DNA of 32,000 bases from Geobacter sulfurreducens PCA (GTDB taxonomy: Bacteria > Desulfobacterota > Desulfuromonadia > Geobacterales > Geobacteraceae), in NCBI RefSeq assembly GCF_000007985.2, contig NC_002939.5:3300001-3332000 (forward strand), written 5' to 3'. Below the pieces are notes generated by a model, which was not told the origin of the DNA, did not search any database, and saw only the letters and a program-made list of their open reading frames with translations. Positions 26,301 to 32,000 of the stretch are shown one piece after another (positions within the stretch are counted from its first letter, which is position 1; the number at the start of each line of letters is the position of its first letter). The translations under genes were made by a program, and so were the position numbers.

Positions 26301-27549
26301 CGAGCATCTGGTCAAAATTGTGACAGCGGGTGACAACTCCGTGCTCGTCGATCTCGGCGACTGCCTGGCGAGCCTGGAGAAATACGACGACGCCCTGGCC
26401 CTTTACGAGGAAAGCCTTGCCCTGTGCCCCACCAACGGGCGGGCGCTGGTGGGGGTCGGTGTTGTCAGATATATGACACGACGGATCGCCGAGGCGGCCG
26501 ACGCCTTCAGCCGGGCACTGGAAACCGACCCTGCCGACCCGAAGGCCCTTTGCGGCCTGGGCATGGCCCGCTGCGCCCAGGGACGGAACGCGGAAGGGTT
26601 CGAGCTCTACGGCCGGGCGCTTGAGGCCGAGCCGGAGAACCTGACCGCAGTGCACGAATCGGTGAGGCTTGCCTATGAGCTGGGACGCTTCAGCGAGGCG
26701 GCCAAGCGACTTGAGTCATACCTGCGCCATCATCCGGGCGACATCGACATCCTCTTTGCCAGTGCCGGACTCCTTCACATGGCCGGCAGGAACGCCGAGG
26801 CCCGTGACGCCCTGGAGCGGCTGCTGGTGTTCTCCCCCGATTACAGCGGGGCCATGGAGTTGCTGGCGAAGCTGGAGGAGCAGGACCAAGAGCCGGGTGA
26901 AAGAGCCACGGAAGCTGAAGCCCGCAGGCTCAAGGAAGACGGGAAGTACGAGGAGGCCCTGACGGCCTTCTCCCGGGTCGCAGAGGCCGGCGATTCATCG
27001 GCCCTGGCCGACATGGGGGACTGCCTTGCCCAGCTGGGACGGCTCGACGAGGCGGCCGCCCGTTACCTGGAAGCCCTGGATGCCGACGGAGCAAACCTCA
27101 AAGCCCTGGTGGGGCTCGGAGTGGTATCGCTGGTCCAGGGGAAACAGGTGAAGGCGGTCACTTGGTTCAACAGGGCCCTCAAGGCGGACCCCGCCAACGC
27201 AAAGGCTCTCTGCGGGCTCGGGATGGTCCGGAACATGCAAAACAAGCATGACGAGGCGTTCAGCCTCCTTGCCCGGGCCGTTGATGCGGACCCCGAGGGC
27301 CTCACGGCCCTTCACGAACTGATCCGGCTCTCCTATGCCACCGGCCGGTTCGATGAAGCGGGAGAACGGCTCGACCGGTACCTGATGCACCACCCCGCAG
27401 ACCTGGACATGGTCTTCGCCCAGGCAGGCATCCGCTTCAAGGCGGGCCGCTATGCCGAGGCCCTGTCGAGCATCGAGACGGTGCTCCTCTTTGCCTCCGA
27501 CTACGAAGGGGGGCTGGAATTGCGGGAAGCGATCACCCAAGCCATGTAG
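20344..27549 (+). CDS. 2401-aa multi-glycosyltransferase protein: GT-A, GT4/GT-B, an unassigned domain, GT2, a GT-B-like domain and GT2, followed by a Pro/Thr linker and a duplicated TPR array
   Basis: D1, aa 8-280: VILVCYNRP...LLEDDC (EDD at 20644-20652). D2, aa 308-725: LPSMEDNLPNTVIESMACGIPVVG. D3, aa 740-1000: unassigned. D4, aa 1016-1260: ITYNRLDF..VIDNNSQDGT..KLDNDIVF (23656-23664)..GEEDADYGFR. D5, aa 1298-1640: IGYAGTPGH...KSNIKWLEYSACGIAGI. D6, aa 1672-1910: VSIIVPLYNKAEYT..LVDNASSDGT..FLNND (25615-25623)..GFEDVDFCLR. TPRs span aa 1970-2400. The GTG start at 20344 overlaps the upstream stop (GTGA); an alternative ATG is at 20359. Confidence 0.8.
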   Translation: MSITPMNTTPVILVCYNRPHHTAEMLKALEVHNIQNLIIFADAPKSDKDVEGVRATRKLLEGIRWTHPEIVFQTENQGLAKSIVSSANYAFSLHDRLVLLEDDCVPQRHFFDFMSNCLDRYEENEKIFGISGYTVPIPSRLQEQHPYDLYFYPRIGSWGWGTWKRAWQHYDTDLVKLCRKALESNIDLTQGGVDIPVNIEGLLRGTLKDVWTLNWVLTVYLNKGYYIYPTKSHINNIGFDGTGVHCGKSDLFQTILADSPAIRFPSDVVLNYDLISHYNMYFGGPVVTPPPREPAGLNAVPEAASRKAPLNVALLSTMDFGGAGKATHRLLRGLQAYGSDALMAVLCKSTEDPSIKLLSNSAGGLTTVSAEGAGRWEELFRKWRGQLAGYTNRPEGLEIFTDSRSRFSLEDIPELQRADILNFHWMAGLLNYPTSSSALKGKKIVWTLHDMNPFTGGCHYAGECTGYLRSCGTCPQLGSSDKEDLSRKIWEDKRAAYADLDLTIVTPSRWLAECARNSSLLSRFPVHVIPNGLPTDIFRPHPKDELRRSFNIPEHARVILFGADYDTRRKGFHYLVDALRALPDKRNLVLASFGPLPETKFSSEFLTMNFGSISNETRLAQIYSLADLFVLPSMEDNLPNTVIESMACGIPVVGFKIGGMPDMIEHKVNGYLAQPGDVTGLTEGIRWCLANASALKLGERCREKVELEYSQRVQAESYTNLYENILLGKSAVKSLAAPACSADSILIAANLVPFRDAGQRQRQDTGIASITALVAKGIIPLNICYPDELLEPADWQTATMLERSANVELKIDGKRKPFVIDLFDIAAQWATAHGITWFAITNSDIVLTDALIAELRRLQADGIETVAISRNEVERVEGDGRLVPGYLEVNGYDIFLCRSSWWQSNRHRFQPYIYGERAWDDAYAAIMACHSRFAMLYQDGLCFHFKHPTSWISGPYSDYNMGLYTGIDKPYSDRYEAFIKEVLALTKAQLTPAKTAELVAKHFSPPPPVPVNSSQGFVNIGMITYNRLDFTKLCLEAFERTVDYPHRLTVIDNNSQDGTVEFLRKLQAQGVIHNLILLNENVGVAKASNLAWAMEPDAPYYMKLDNDIVFQKMGWLSRLVEVIERVPQIGAAGYNFEPVSYPLYELNGCQVRIKEPGNLGGACILIPKRTERLLGNWCEDYGLYGEEDADYGFRIRCAGLLNAYMEDEEIGFHLPAGKAATIDSATLVALDGQEEDLHADYRKWKDELRRKNVHGPFKRNLERYAHDPTSLFQQSRFATEWLRTHRPDIDVSPLKTTGGKLTITLLSLDLPSHACMQLRITGPASAFSDEVELLQAVTNDGTKYLINSDSIDRADLIIVQRFFPRPETERHLQKALASGKPIIYEFDDLLTDHSPDNPHRELSTLCAPFVSALLAKADGVTVSTDLLASALLPRKGTVHVLPNLLDEKLWAAPPASRPTGAPVIIGYAGTPGHEADLAPIEEALERIARMYGHRVAFRFFGCATERIRKLPGYTFIPFTGNYSEYAATLQNSGIDIGLVPLEDNRFNRCKSNIKWLEYSACGIAGIYADLPPYRSCVKEGETGLLIAGYDVDAWVAAIESLIDNPARRHAMALAARTEVLANYTLKSRGHLFLDTWRRIAGRADTTAKEQQMPISPQPFAPVAAATGSDAPKVSIIVPLYNKAEYTKQCLEALALNTEQALNYEVILVDNASSDGTAEYLRTLSGDVTIVTNLKNLGFAKACNQGGRIARGRYLVFLNNDTIPHPGWLDGLIKGAEQDGADIVGARLLYPNGRVQHAGVAFNEQSIGYHIFNGFPADSPAVNRKRFMQCVTAACMLVKQELFAELGGFDEGYVNGFEDVDFCLRAGERGRRILYTPESVLIHFEETSEGRKDHDTPNIRRFLARWEGKVRCDHQDIYRSEGYRAERQADGRLRIYQADVAPVSSAPTAPQQVTPTPGTGAAAATPSVSGREKALALKAEGRYVEAIEHLVKIVTAGDNSVLVDLGDCLASLEKYDDALALYEESLALCPTNGRALVGVGVVRYMTRRIAEAADAFSRALETDPADPKALCGLGMARCAQGRNAEGFELYGRALEAEPENLTAVHESVRLAYELGRFSEAAKRLESYLRHHPGDIDILFASAGLLHMAGRNAEARDALERLLVFSPDYSGAMELLAKLEEQDQEPGERATEAEARRLKEDGKYEEALTAFSRVAEAGDSSALADMGDCLAQLGRLDEAAARYLEALDADGANLKALVGLGVVSLVQGKQVKAVTWFNRALKADPANAKALCGLGMVRNMQNKHDEAFSLLARAVDADPEGLTALHELIRLSYATGRFDEAGERLDRYLMHHPADLDMVFAQAGIRFKAGRYAEALSSIETVLLFASDYEGGLELREAITQAM
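26251..27543 (+). repeat. Internal duplication of a TPR module of about 210 aa (two copies offset by about 220 aa / 660 nt)
   Basis: The block KAEGRYVEAIEHL..LVDLGDCLASL..ALVGVGVV..DPADPKALCGLGMAR..RLESYLRHHPGDIDILFASAG..FSPDYSGAMELL aligns colinearly with KEDGKYEEALTAF..LADMGDCLAQL..ALVGLGVV..DPANAKALCGLGMVR..RLDRYLMHHPADLDMVFAQAG..FASDYEGGLELR. Confidence 0.7.
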
Positions 27550-27568
27550 GAAGGCAGAACGGTTGGCC

Positions 27569-29368
27569 ATGTCCCATTTCGAGAAGAACATAGCGGCCCT
27601 GCATCGCCGCAATCCGCCCCTGGCCGAATGCCTTGAGGCCGTGACGCCGGGCGGAGATCTCCATCTCGGCGAGGCCCGCAACGGCGAGCCCACGGCCCGC
27701 AGCGGCGAGGTCTGGCTCCATTCCCCCTACAACCCCACACGGGAGGCCCAGGAATGGGCACGGGCACAGGCAGAGCGGTTCACGCCGGATGCCCCGCTCA
27801 CCGTGGTCGGCTTCGGCCTCGGCCACCATCTGCGGGAACTGGCAACCCTCGGCTTTGGCGGTACGGTCATCGAAAAAAGCCTGGCGCTGTTGAAAGCCGC
27901 CCTGGAGGCGTCGGACCTGGTACCCGTTCTGGAGCGTTTCGAACTGATGGCAGGGATTCCCGCCGACTTGATCCGACGCCGCCATAACCACCTCCTGCGG
28001 GGCAACACCACGGCCCATCCGGCCACGGTCCGGATCAGCCCGGACATGGCCACCCTTGCCCAGTACGCCGACGGATACGACCCGGCGGCCCGGGGGGGAC
28101 TCAAAATCCTGCTGGTGAACCCCATCTACGGCGGCTCTCTGCCGGCGGCCCACCACGCGGCACGTGCCCTGCGGGCCCTGGGGCACCAGGTGATCCCCTT
28201 CGAGAGCGAACGGCTGGCCGCGGCCATGGATTTCGGCAAGGAATTCATCTTCAACCAGAGCCGCCGGGCGTTCCACGCCGGGCTCACCTCGCTCCTCTCC
28301 CAGGCGGTTGAGCTGCGGGCCCGGGAGACCCGGCCCGACATGATCCTGGCCCTGGCCCAGGCGCCGCTCCTCCCCGAGACCATGAAACGGATCGAGGCCC
28401 GGGGAATCCCCACGGCATTCTGGTTCGTGGAGGACTACCGGGTACTCCCCTACTGGCGCGACTCGGCACCGGCTGCGTCCTATTTCTTCGGCATCCAGAC
28501 GGACAACTTCGCCGCTGAACTGGCCCGGGCCGGGGTTACCCGTTATGCCTACCTCCCCACCTGCGCCGAACCGTCGGTCCACCGGCCAATGGAGCTGACC
28601 CCGGCCGAACGGGAAGAGTTCGGCAGCCCCCTTTCCTTCGTGGGGGCCGGCTACTACAACCGGCAGATATTCTTCAAGGGACTCACCGACTTCCCCTTCC
28701 GGATCTGGGGGAGCGACTGGCCCTTCCCCTCGCCCCTGGTCCCCTTCATCCAGCGGGGTGGCGCACGAATCGACACGGAGACCACGGTCAAGATTTTCAA
28801 TGCGTCAGCCGTGAACCTGAACCTCCACTCCTCCACCACCTGCGACGGGGTGGTGCCCGACGGAGACTTCGTGAACCCCCGGACCTTCGAGCTGGCCGCC
28901 TGCGGGGCCTTCCAGCTGGTGGACCGCCGCGCGCTTCTGCCGGAGCTGTTCGATGAGGGAGAGCTGGAAACCTTCGGCTGTCTTGACGAAGCACGGGAAA
29001 AGATCAGCCGCTTCCTGGCCGATCCCGAAGAACGGCGGCAGGTTGCGGGCCGCGGCATGGCCCGGGTCCTGGCTGAGCATACCTACGAACACCGCATGGC
29101 TGAACTGGTGGCCCTCATGACTGGCACCTTCCCCCACCTGGCCGAGCGGATCCGACAGCGGGCAGACCAGCGGGACGAAATCATGGCCGACCTGGACCGG
29201 CATCCCGGGCTCGCCGGCCTGCTCGCCACGCTCCCCGACCAGCGCTGGTTCACCCTCAACGATGTGCTCGGCACCATCGTGACCGGCCAGGGGAAACTCT
29301 CCCGGGCCGAAAAGCTGTTCCTCATGCTCCAGAACGTCGAGGTCCTCTGGGAGAAAATTCCGGAATGA
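27569..29368 (+). CDS. Glycosyltransferase with a Maf-like N-terminal region and a CgeB-like (DUF3880 / Glyco_trans_1_2) C-terminal region
   Basis: The N-terminus MSHFEKNIAALHRRNPPLAECLEAV...LTVVGFGLGHHLREL resembles the start of motility-associated-factor (Maf) flagellin glycosyltransferases. The C-terminal half, LKILLVNPIYGGSL...FVGAGYYNRQ...NLNLHSS...VNPRTFELAACGAFQLVD...AEHTYEHRMAEL, resembles the CgeB family. The start is set at ATG 27569. Confidence 0.7.
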   Translation: MSHFEKNIAALHRRNPPLAECLEAVTPGGDLHLGEARNGEPTARSGEVWLHSPYNPTREAQEWARAQAERFTPDAPLTVVGFGLGHHLRELATLGFGGTVIEKSLALLKAALEASDLVPVLERFELMAGIPADLIRRRHNHLLRGNTTAHPATVRISPDMATLAQYADGYDPAARGGLKILLVNPIYGGSLPAAHHAARALRALGHQVIPFESERLAAAMDFGKEFIFNQSRRAFHAGLTSLLSQAVELRARETRPDMILALAQAPLLPETMKRIEARGIPTAFWFVEDYRVLPYWRDSAPAASYFFGIQTDNFAAELARAGVTRYAYLPTCAEPSVHRPMELTPAEREEFGSPLSFVGAGYYNRQIFFKGLTDFPFRIWGSDWPFPSPLVPFIQRGGARIDTETTVKIFNASAVNLNLHSSTTCDGVVPDGDFVNPRTFELAACGAFQLVDRRALLPELFDEGELETFGCLDEAREKISRFLADPEERRQVAGRGMARVLAEHTYEHRMAELVALMTGTFPHLAERIRQRADQRDEIMADLDRHPGLAGLLATLPDQRWFTLNDVLGTIVTGQGKLSRAEKLFLMLQNVEVLWEKIPE

Positions 29369-30918
29369 AAGAGATCGCCCTTCTCGCCATAGCCCGATAC
29401 GGGGACCTGATCCAGACGACGCCGCTGGTGCGGGCGTTGCGCCGCGCCCACCCCGGCGCCCGGATCACCGCCATCGTGGAGGACCGCTTTTGCGGCATCC
29501 TGCCGCTGCTCCCCGGCATCGACCGAACCATCGTCCTCAACAAGCAGGACATCGCCTGGGACATCGCCACCGGCGATTCTCCCCTGGTGCCCTACCTCAA
29601 GATGGATGAGTTCGTCCGGAAGCTGGAGGAGGGGAGCTACGACCTGCTGGTCAACATCACCTGTTCGCGCCTCTCCGCCTTTTTCGCCTCCTGCGTCACG
29701 AGCCGCCGCCGCACCGGCATCTCGGCCGACGAGGCCGGGGAGCGGAACATCGTGACCCTCTGGGGGCAGTACATCTTCAGCTGGTTCAACGACAACATCC
29801 GCAAGTATAACGCCATCAACCTGGTGGATATCTTCACCCGGCTGGGCGAGGTCCCTCCAGACGGGCGCCGGGTAGAACTGGTCGCCACGGAGAAGGGGGA
29901 GCGATTCGCCGACGACTTCCTGGACCGCCATGGGCTCAGGGGGCAGCGCCTCGTGGGACTGCAGCTGGGGGCCAGCGAGGCGACCCGGATCTGGCCTGCC
30001 GAGCACTTCGCCCGCATCTCGGATCGGCTCCAGCGGGAACTGGGGGTACGGACCATCCTCTTCGGGGCTCCCGTGGAAAAGCACCTGGCCGGGCAGGCTA
30101 TGGCCGCCATGGAAATGCCGGCCGTGGACGCGGTGGGCGAAACCGGGATCGAAGAACTCTACTCCCTGGTGGGGCGCTGCGCGGCCCTGGTATCCAACGA
30201 CACCGGCACCATGCACTTCGCCGCCGCGGCCGGCGTGCCCGCGGTCATGCTCTGCATTGGCCCGGCTTTTTTCCGCTGCACCGGCCCCTATGGCGAAGGG
30301 CACCTGGCGCTCCAGCCCGACCTGCCCTGCTCGCCCTGCCCCTACAGCCTGGTCTGCGCCGATCCGGTCTGCCGCGACACCATTTCTCCCGAGGCGGTCT
30401 TCTCGGCTTGCCGCATGATCCTGGCCGGCGCTGATGGGTTGGGGAATGCCGATTTTTCCGGCGTGAGGGTCTATCGGAGTTCATTTGCTCCCGACGGATA
30501 CCTGACATGGGATGGCCTGTTCAATGTGGACGCCTGGGAAGAAGAGCAGGTCAAGCGGCGCGAATCCGCCTGGAAGGGATGTTTCGACGGAAGCACGAAG
30601 GGGTGCGGTGCTCCCGGCGACGAGACCTTGCGGGCCTTCTGGGAGCTCACGGGGCGGGGGATTGAAGCAACAGAGGCCATCATCCGGGCGGCTCGGAAAA
30701 AGCCCCTGCCCGTGGACGAGATCCGGCGCCTCGGCGAGAAGGAGTCGGCCATCGAGGCGGAGGTGAAGCTCATGGGCTATCGTCACGAACCTCTGGCCCC
30801 GGTCACCGAATTCCTGACGCTCATGCGTGAAAACATCACCGGCGAGGAGCTGGGGCGGATCGCGCGGGAGACGCGTTCCCTTTACGAGACCGGGCGCTGC
30901 CTGGCGGCACTGCTGTAG
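29365..30918 (+). CDS. Glycosyltransferase family 9 (heptosyltransferase-like) with a C-terminal extension of about 150 aa
   Basis: LLAIARYGDLIQTTPLVRALRRAHPGARITAIV, GLQLGASEATRIWPAEHF and LVSNDTGTMHFAAAAGVPAV are GT9 hallmarks. There is an ATGA overlap with the upstream stop. Confidence 0.82.
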   Translation: MKEIALLAIARYGDLIQTTPLVRALRRAHPGARITAIVEDRFCGILPLLPGIDRTIVLNKQDIAWDIATGDSPLVPYLKMDEFVRKLEEGSYDLLVNITCSRLSAFFASCVTSRRRTGISADEAGERNIVTLWGQYIFSWFNDNIRKYNAINLVDIFTRLGEVPPDGRRVELVATEKGERFADDFLDRHGLRGQRLVGLQLGASEATRIWPAEHFARISDRLQRELGVRTILFGAPVEKHLAGQAMAAMEMPAVDAVGETGIEELYSLVGRCAALVSNDTGTMHFAAAAGVPAVMLCIGPAFFRCTGPYGEGHLALQPDLPCSPCPYSLVCADPVCRDTISPEAVFSACRMILAGADGLGNADFSGVRVYRSSFAPDGYLTWDGLFNVDAWEEEQVKRRESAWKGCFDGSTKGCGAPGDETLRAFWELTGRGIEATEAIIRAARKKPLPVDEIRRLGEKESAIEAEVKLMGYRHEPLAPVTEFLTLMRENITGEELGRIARETRSLYETGRCLAALL

Positions 30919-30919
30919 C

Positions 30920-30946
30920 TAAAGTTTTCCGGTCCGCGGCCGAAAC
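30920..30946 (+). promoter_or_regulatory. Sigma28 (FliA)-type promoter of flbD-motA
   Basis: TAAAGTTT (30920-30927), tccggtccgcg (11 nt), then GCCGAAAC (30939-30946), compared with TAAAGTTT-N11-GCCGATAA. It starts 2 nt after the GT9 stop codon and lies 38 nt upstream of the flbD ATG. Confidence 0.6.
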
Positions 30947-30983
30947 GATATCATAGCGGACCATTTTCTGAAGAGGAACTCCA

Positions 30984-31262
30984 ATGATCAGACTGACACG
31001 TCTCGACGGCGATGTTTTTTTCGTGAACCCGGATCTCATCGAGGCCATCGAGGAAACCCCGGACACCCATATCGTTCTTTCCAACGGCCGTCGCTACTTG
31101 GTCATCGAAAAAACCGACGCCATCGTCGCCCGTATCATCAGCTTCAAGTCGTCGGTGATGAAACGCGCTCTCGGCGGCCACGGCCGCAAGTATCTCCGGC
31201 GCAAGATGGAGGGAAGCTACCTCCCCCGCTGCCCCTTGAAACCGGGCCATAACACCGACTAA
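30984..31262 (+). CDS. flbD: Flagellar protein FlbD
   Basis: MIRLTRLDGDVFFVNPDLIEAIEETPDTHIVLSNGRRYLVIEKTDAIVARI is the conserved FlbD core. It lies immediately upstream of motA, as in many flagellar loci. Confidence 0.85.
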   Translation: MIRLTRLDGDVFFVNPDLIEAIEETPDTHIVLSNGRRYLVIEKTDAIVARIISFKSSVMKRALGGHGRKYLRRKMEGSYLPRCPLKPGHNTD

Positions 31263-31282
31263 CAGGAAAGGTCAGGCGACGT

Positions 31283-32000
31283 ATGGACATAGCGACAATC
31301 ATAGGCCTCGTCATGGGATTCGGGGCGGTGTTCGGCGGAGCGCTGCTGGAAGGTTTGCACCTGACCGCCCTCATCCAGCCCACAGCGGCCATCATCGTGC
31401 TCGGGGGCACCTTCGGGGCGGCGTTCGTCAGCTTCCCCATGAAGACGATCATTGGCGCGGCCAAGGATATCAAAAAGGTATTGATGCCGGCCCAGAACGA
31501 CCCTGAAAAGGTCATCAAGGACCTGATCGGCTACGCGGCCAAGGCCCGGCGCAACGGCCTCATCTCTCTGGAGCAGGAAGCCCAGAACGTGAAGGATCCC
31601 TTCACCAAGAAAGGGATATCCCTTGTCGTGGACGGCATCGACCCTCAGAAACTGCGGGAAACCCTGGAGATCGAGGTCACCTACTACGAAGAACACGCTA
31701 AGCAGAGCGCCGAGTTCTTCGAGGCGGCCGGCGGCTACGCCCCCACCATCGGTATCATCGGTGCCGTGCTCGGTCTCATCCACGTCATGGGCAACCTGTC
31801 CGACTCCTCCAAACTGGGGGCAGGTATTGCCGTGGCCTTCGTTGCGACCATTTACGGCCTCATGACCGCCAACATCATCTGTCTCCCCTTCGGCACAAAG
31901 ATCAAGCACGGCATCAAGGAAGAACTCATCTGCAAGAACATGATCATCGAAGGGCTCATCGCCATCCAGAACGGCGAGAACCCCCACTTCATCGAGCAGA
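31283..32000 (+). CDS. motA: Flagellar stator protein MotA (MotA/TolQ/ExbB proton-channel family); the C-terminus lies outside the window
   Basis: I translated from ATG 31283: MDIATIIGLVMGFGAVFGGALLEG...APTIGIIGAVLGLIHVMGNL...GIAVAFVATIYGLMTANIICLPFGTKI. The RBS is AGGAAAGG. It is absent from the ORF track because it runs off the window edge. Confidence 0.9.
   Translation, partial: MDIATIIGLVMGFGAVFGGALLEGLHLTALIQPTAAIIVLGGTFGAAFVSFPMKTIIGAAKDIKKVLMPAQNDPEKVIKDLIGYAAKARRNGLISLEQEAQNVKDPFTKKGISLVVDGIDPQKLRETLEIEVTYYEEHAKQSAEFFEAAGGYAPTIGIIGAVLGLIHVMGNLSDSSKLGAGIAVAFVATIYGLMTANIICLPFGTKIKHGIKEELICKNMIIEGLIAIQNGENPHFIEQ

Noticed and set aside
23353-30303. Large antisense or off-frame ORFs inside the GC-rich glycosyltransferase genes: 23353..24141 minus, 25005..25889 plus, 25345..26082 minus, 26995..27693 minus, 27533..28582 minus and 29083..30303 minus (406 aa).
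   Set aside because: All are Arg/Gly/Pro/His-rich low-complexity translations opposite ORFs with unmistakable GT2, GT9 or TPR motifs. They are high-GC shadow ORFs.
30931-30962. Hairpin GGTCCGC-N18-GCGGACC followed by ATTTTCT, as a possible terminator of the glycosylation operon.
   Set aside because: It has only a 7-bp stem with an 18-nt loop and a poor U-tract, and it overlaps the spacer and -10 of the better-supported sigma28 promoter. At most it is a weak attenuator.

Overview
This is a high-GC, Geobacter-like chromosomal segment; the taxon guess rests on gene content and composition only. All homology calls come from motif recognition by eye on the supplied translations, and no searches or computations beyond hand counting were run.

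- **Left 3.2 kb:** a minus-strand cobalamin lower-ligand operon, cobU-cobT-cobS-cobC, sits behind an AdoCbl riboswitch. It is followed by engB, an HDOD-domain gene and the flagellar gene flaG.
- **Centre:** a 5.5-kb gene encodes a signal-peptide-bearing M6 (InhA-like) metallopeptidase with 7.5 tandem two-domain repeats of about 165 aa. It has a near-consensus sigma28 promoter and occupies the slot upstream of flaG where a flagellin gene normally sits.
- **From about 11.2 kb:** a visibly AT-richer, same-strand gene train of about 19.5 kb starts behind a sigma54-type promoter. In order it contains:
  - a truncated WbpB-like oxidoreductase remnant
  - a methyltransferase
  - a single-chain E1 alpha-beta TPP enzyme
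  - a lipoyl-domain/PSBD protein whose E2 catalytic core is replaced by a PglD/NeuD-type sugar N-acyltransferase
  - a DegT aminotransferase
  - a WecF-like glycosyltransferase (GT) fused to three methyltransferase modules plus TPRs
  - a 2401-aa protein with five or six GT modules and a duplicated TPR array
  - a Maf-like/CgeB-like GT
  - a GT9 enzyme
- **Right end:** sigma28-driven flbD-motA.

The best candidate for a new system is the lipoyl-dependent amino-sugar acylation module, which is embedded in a flagellar-type glycosylation island.
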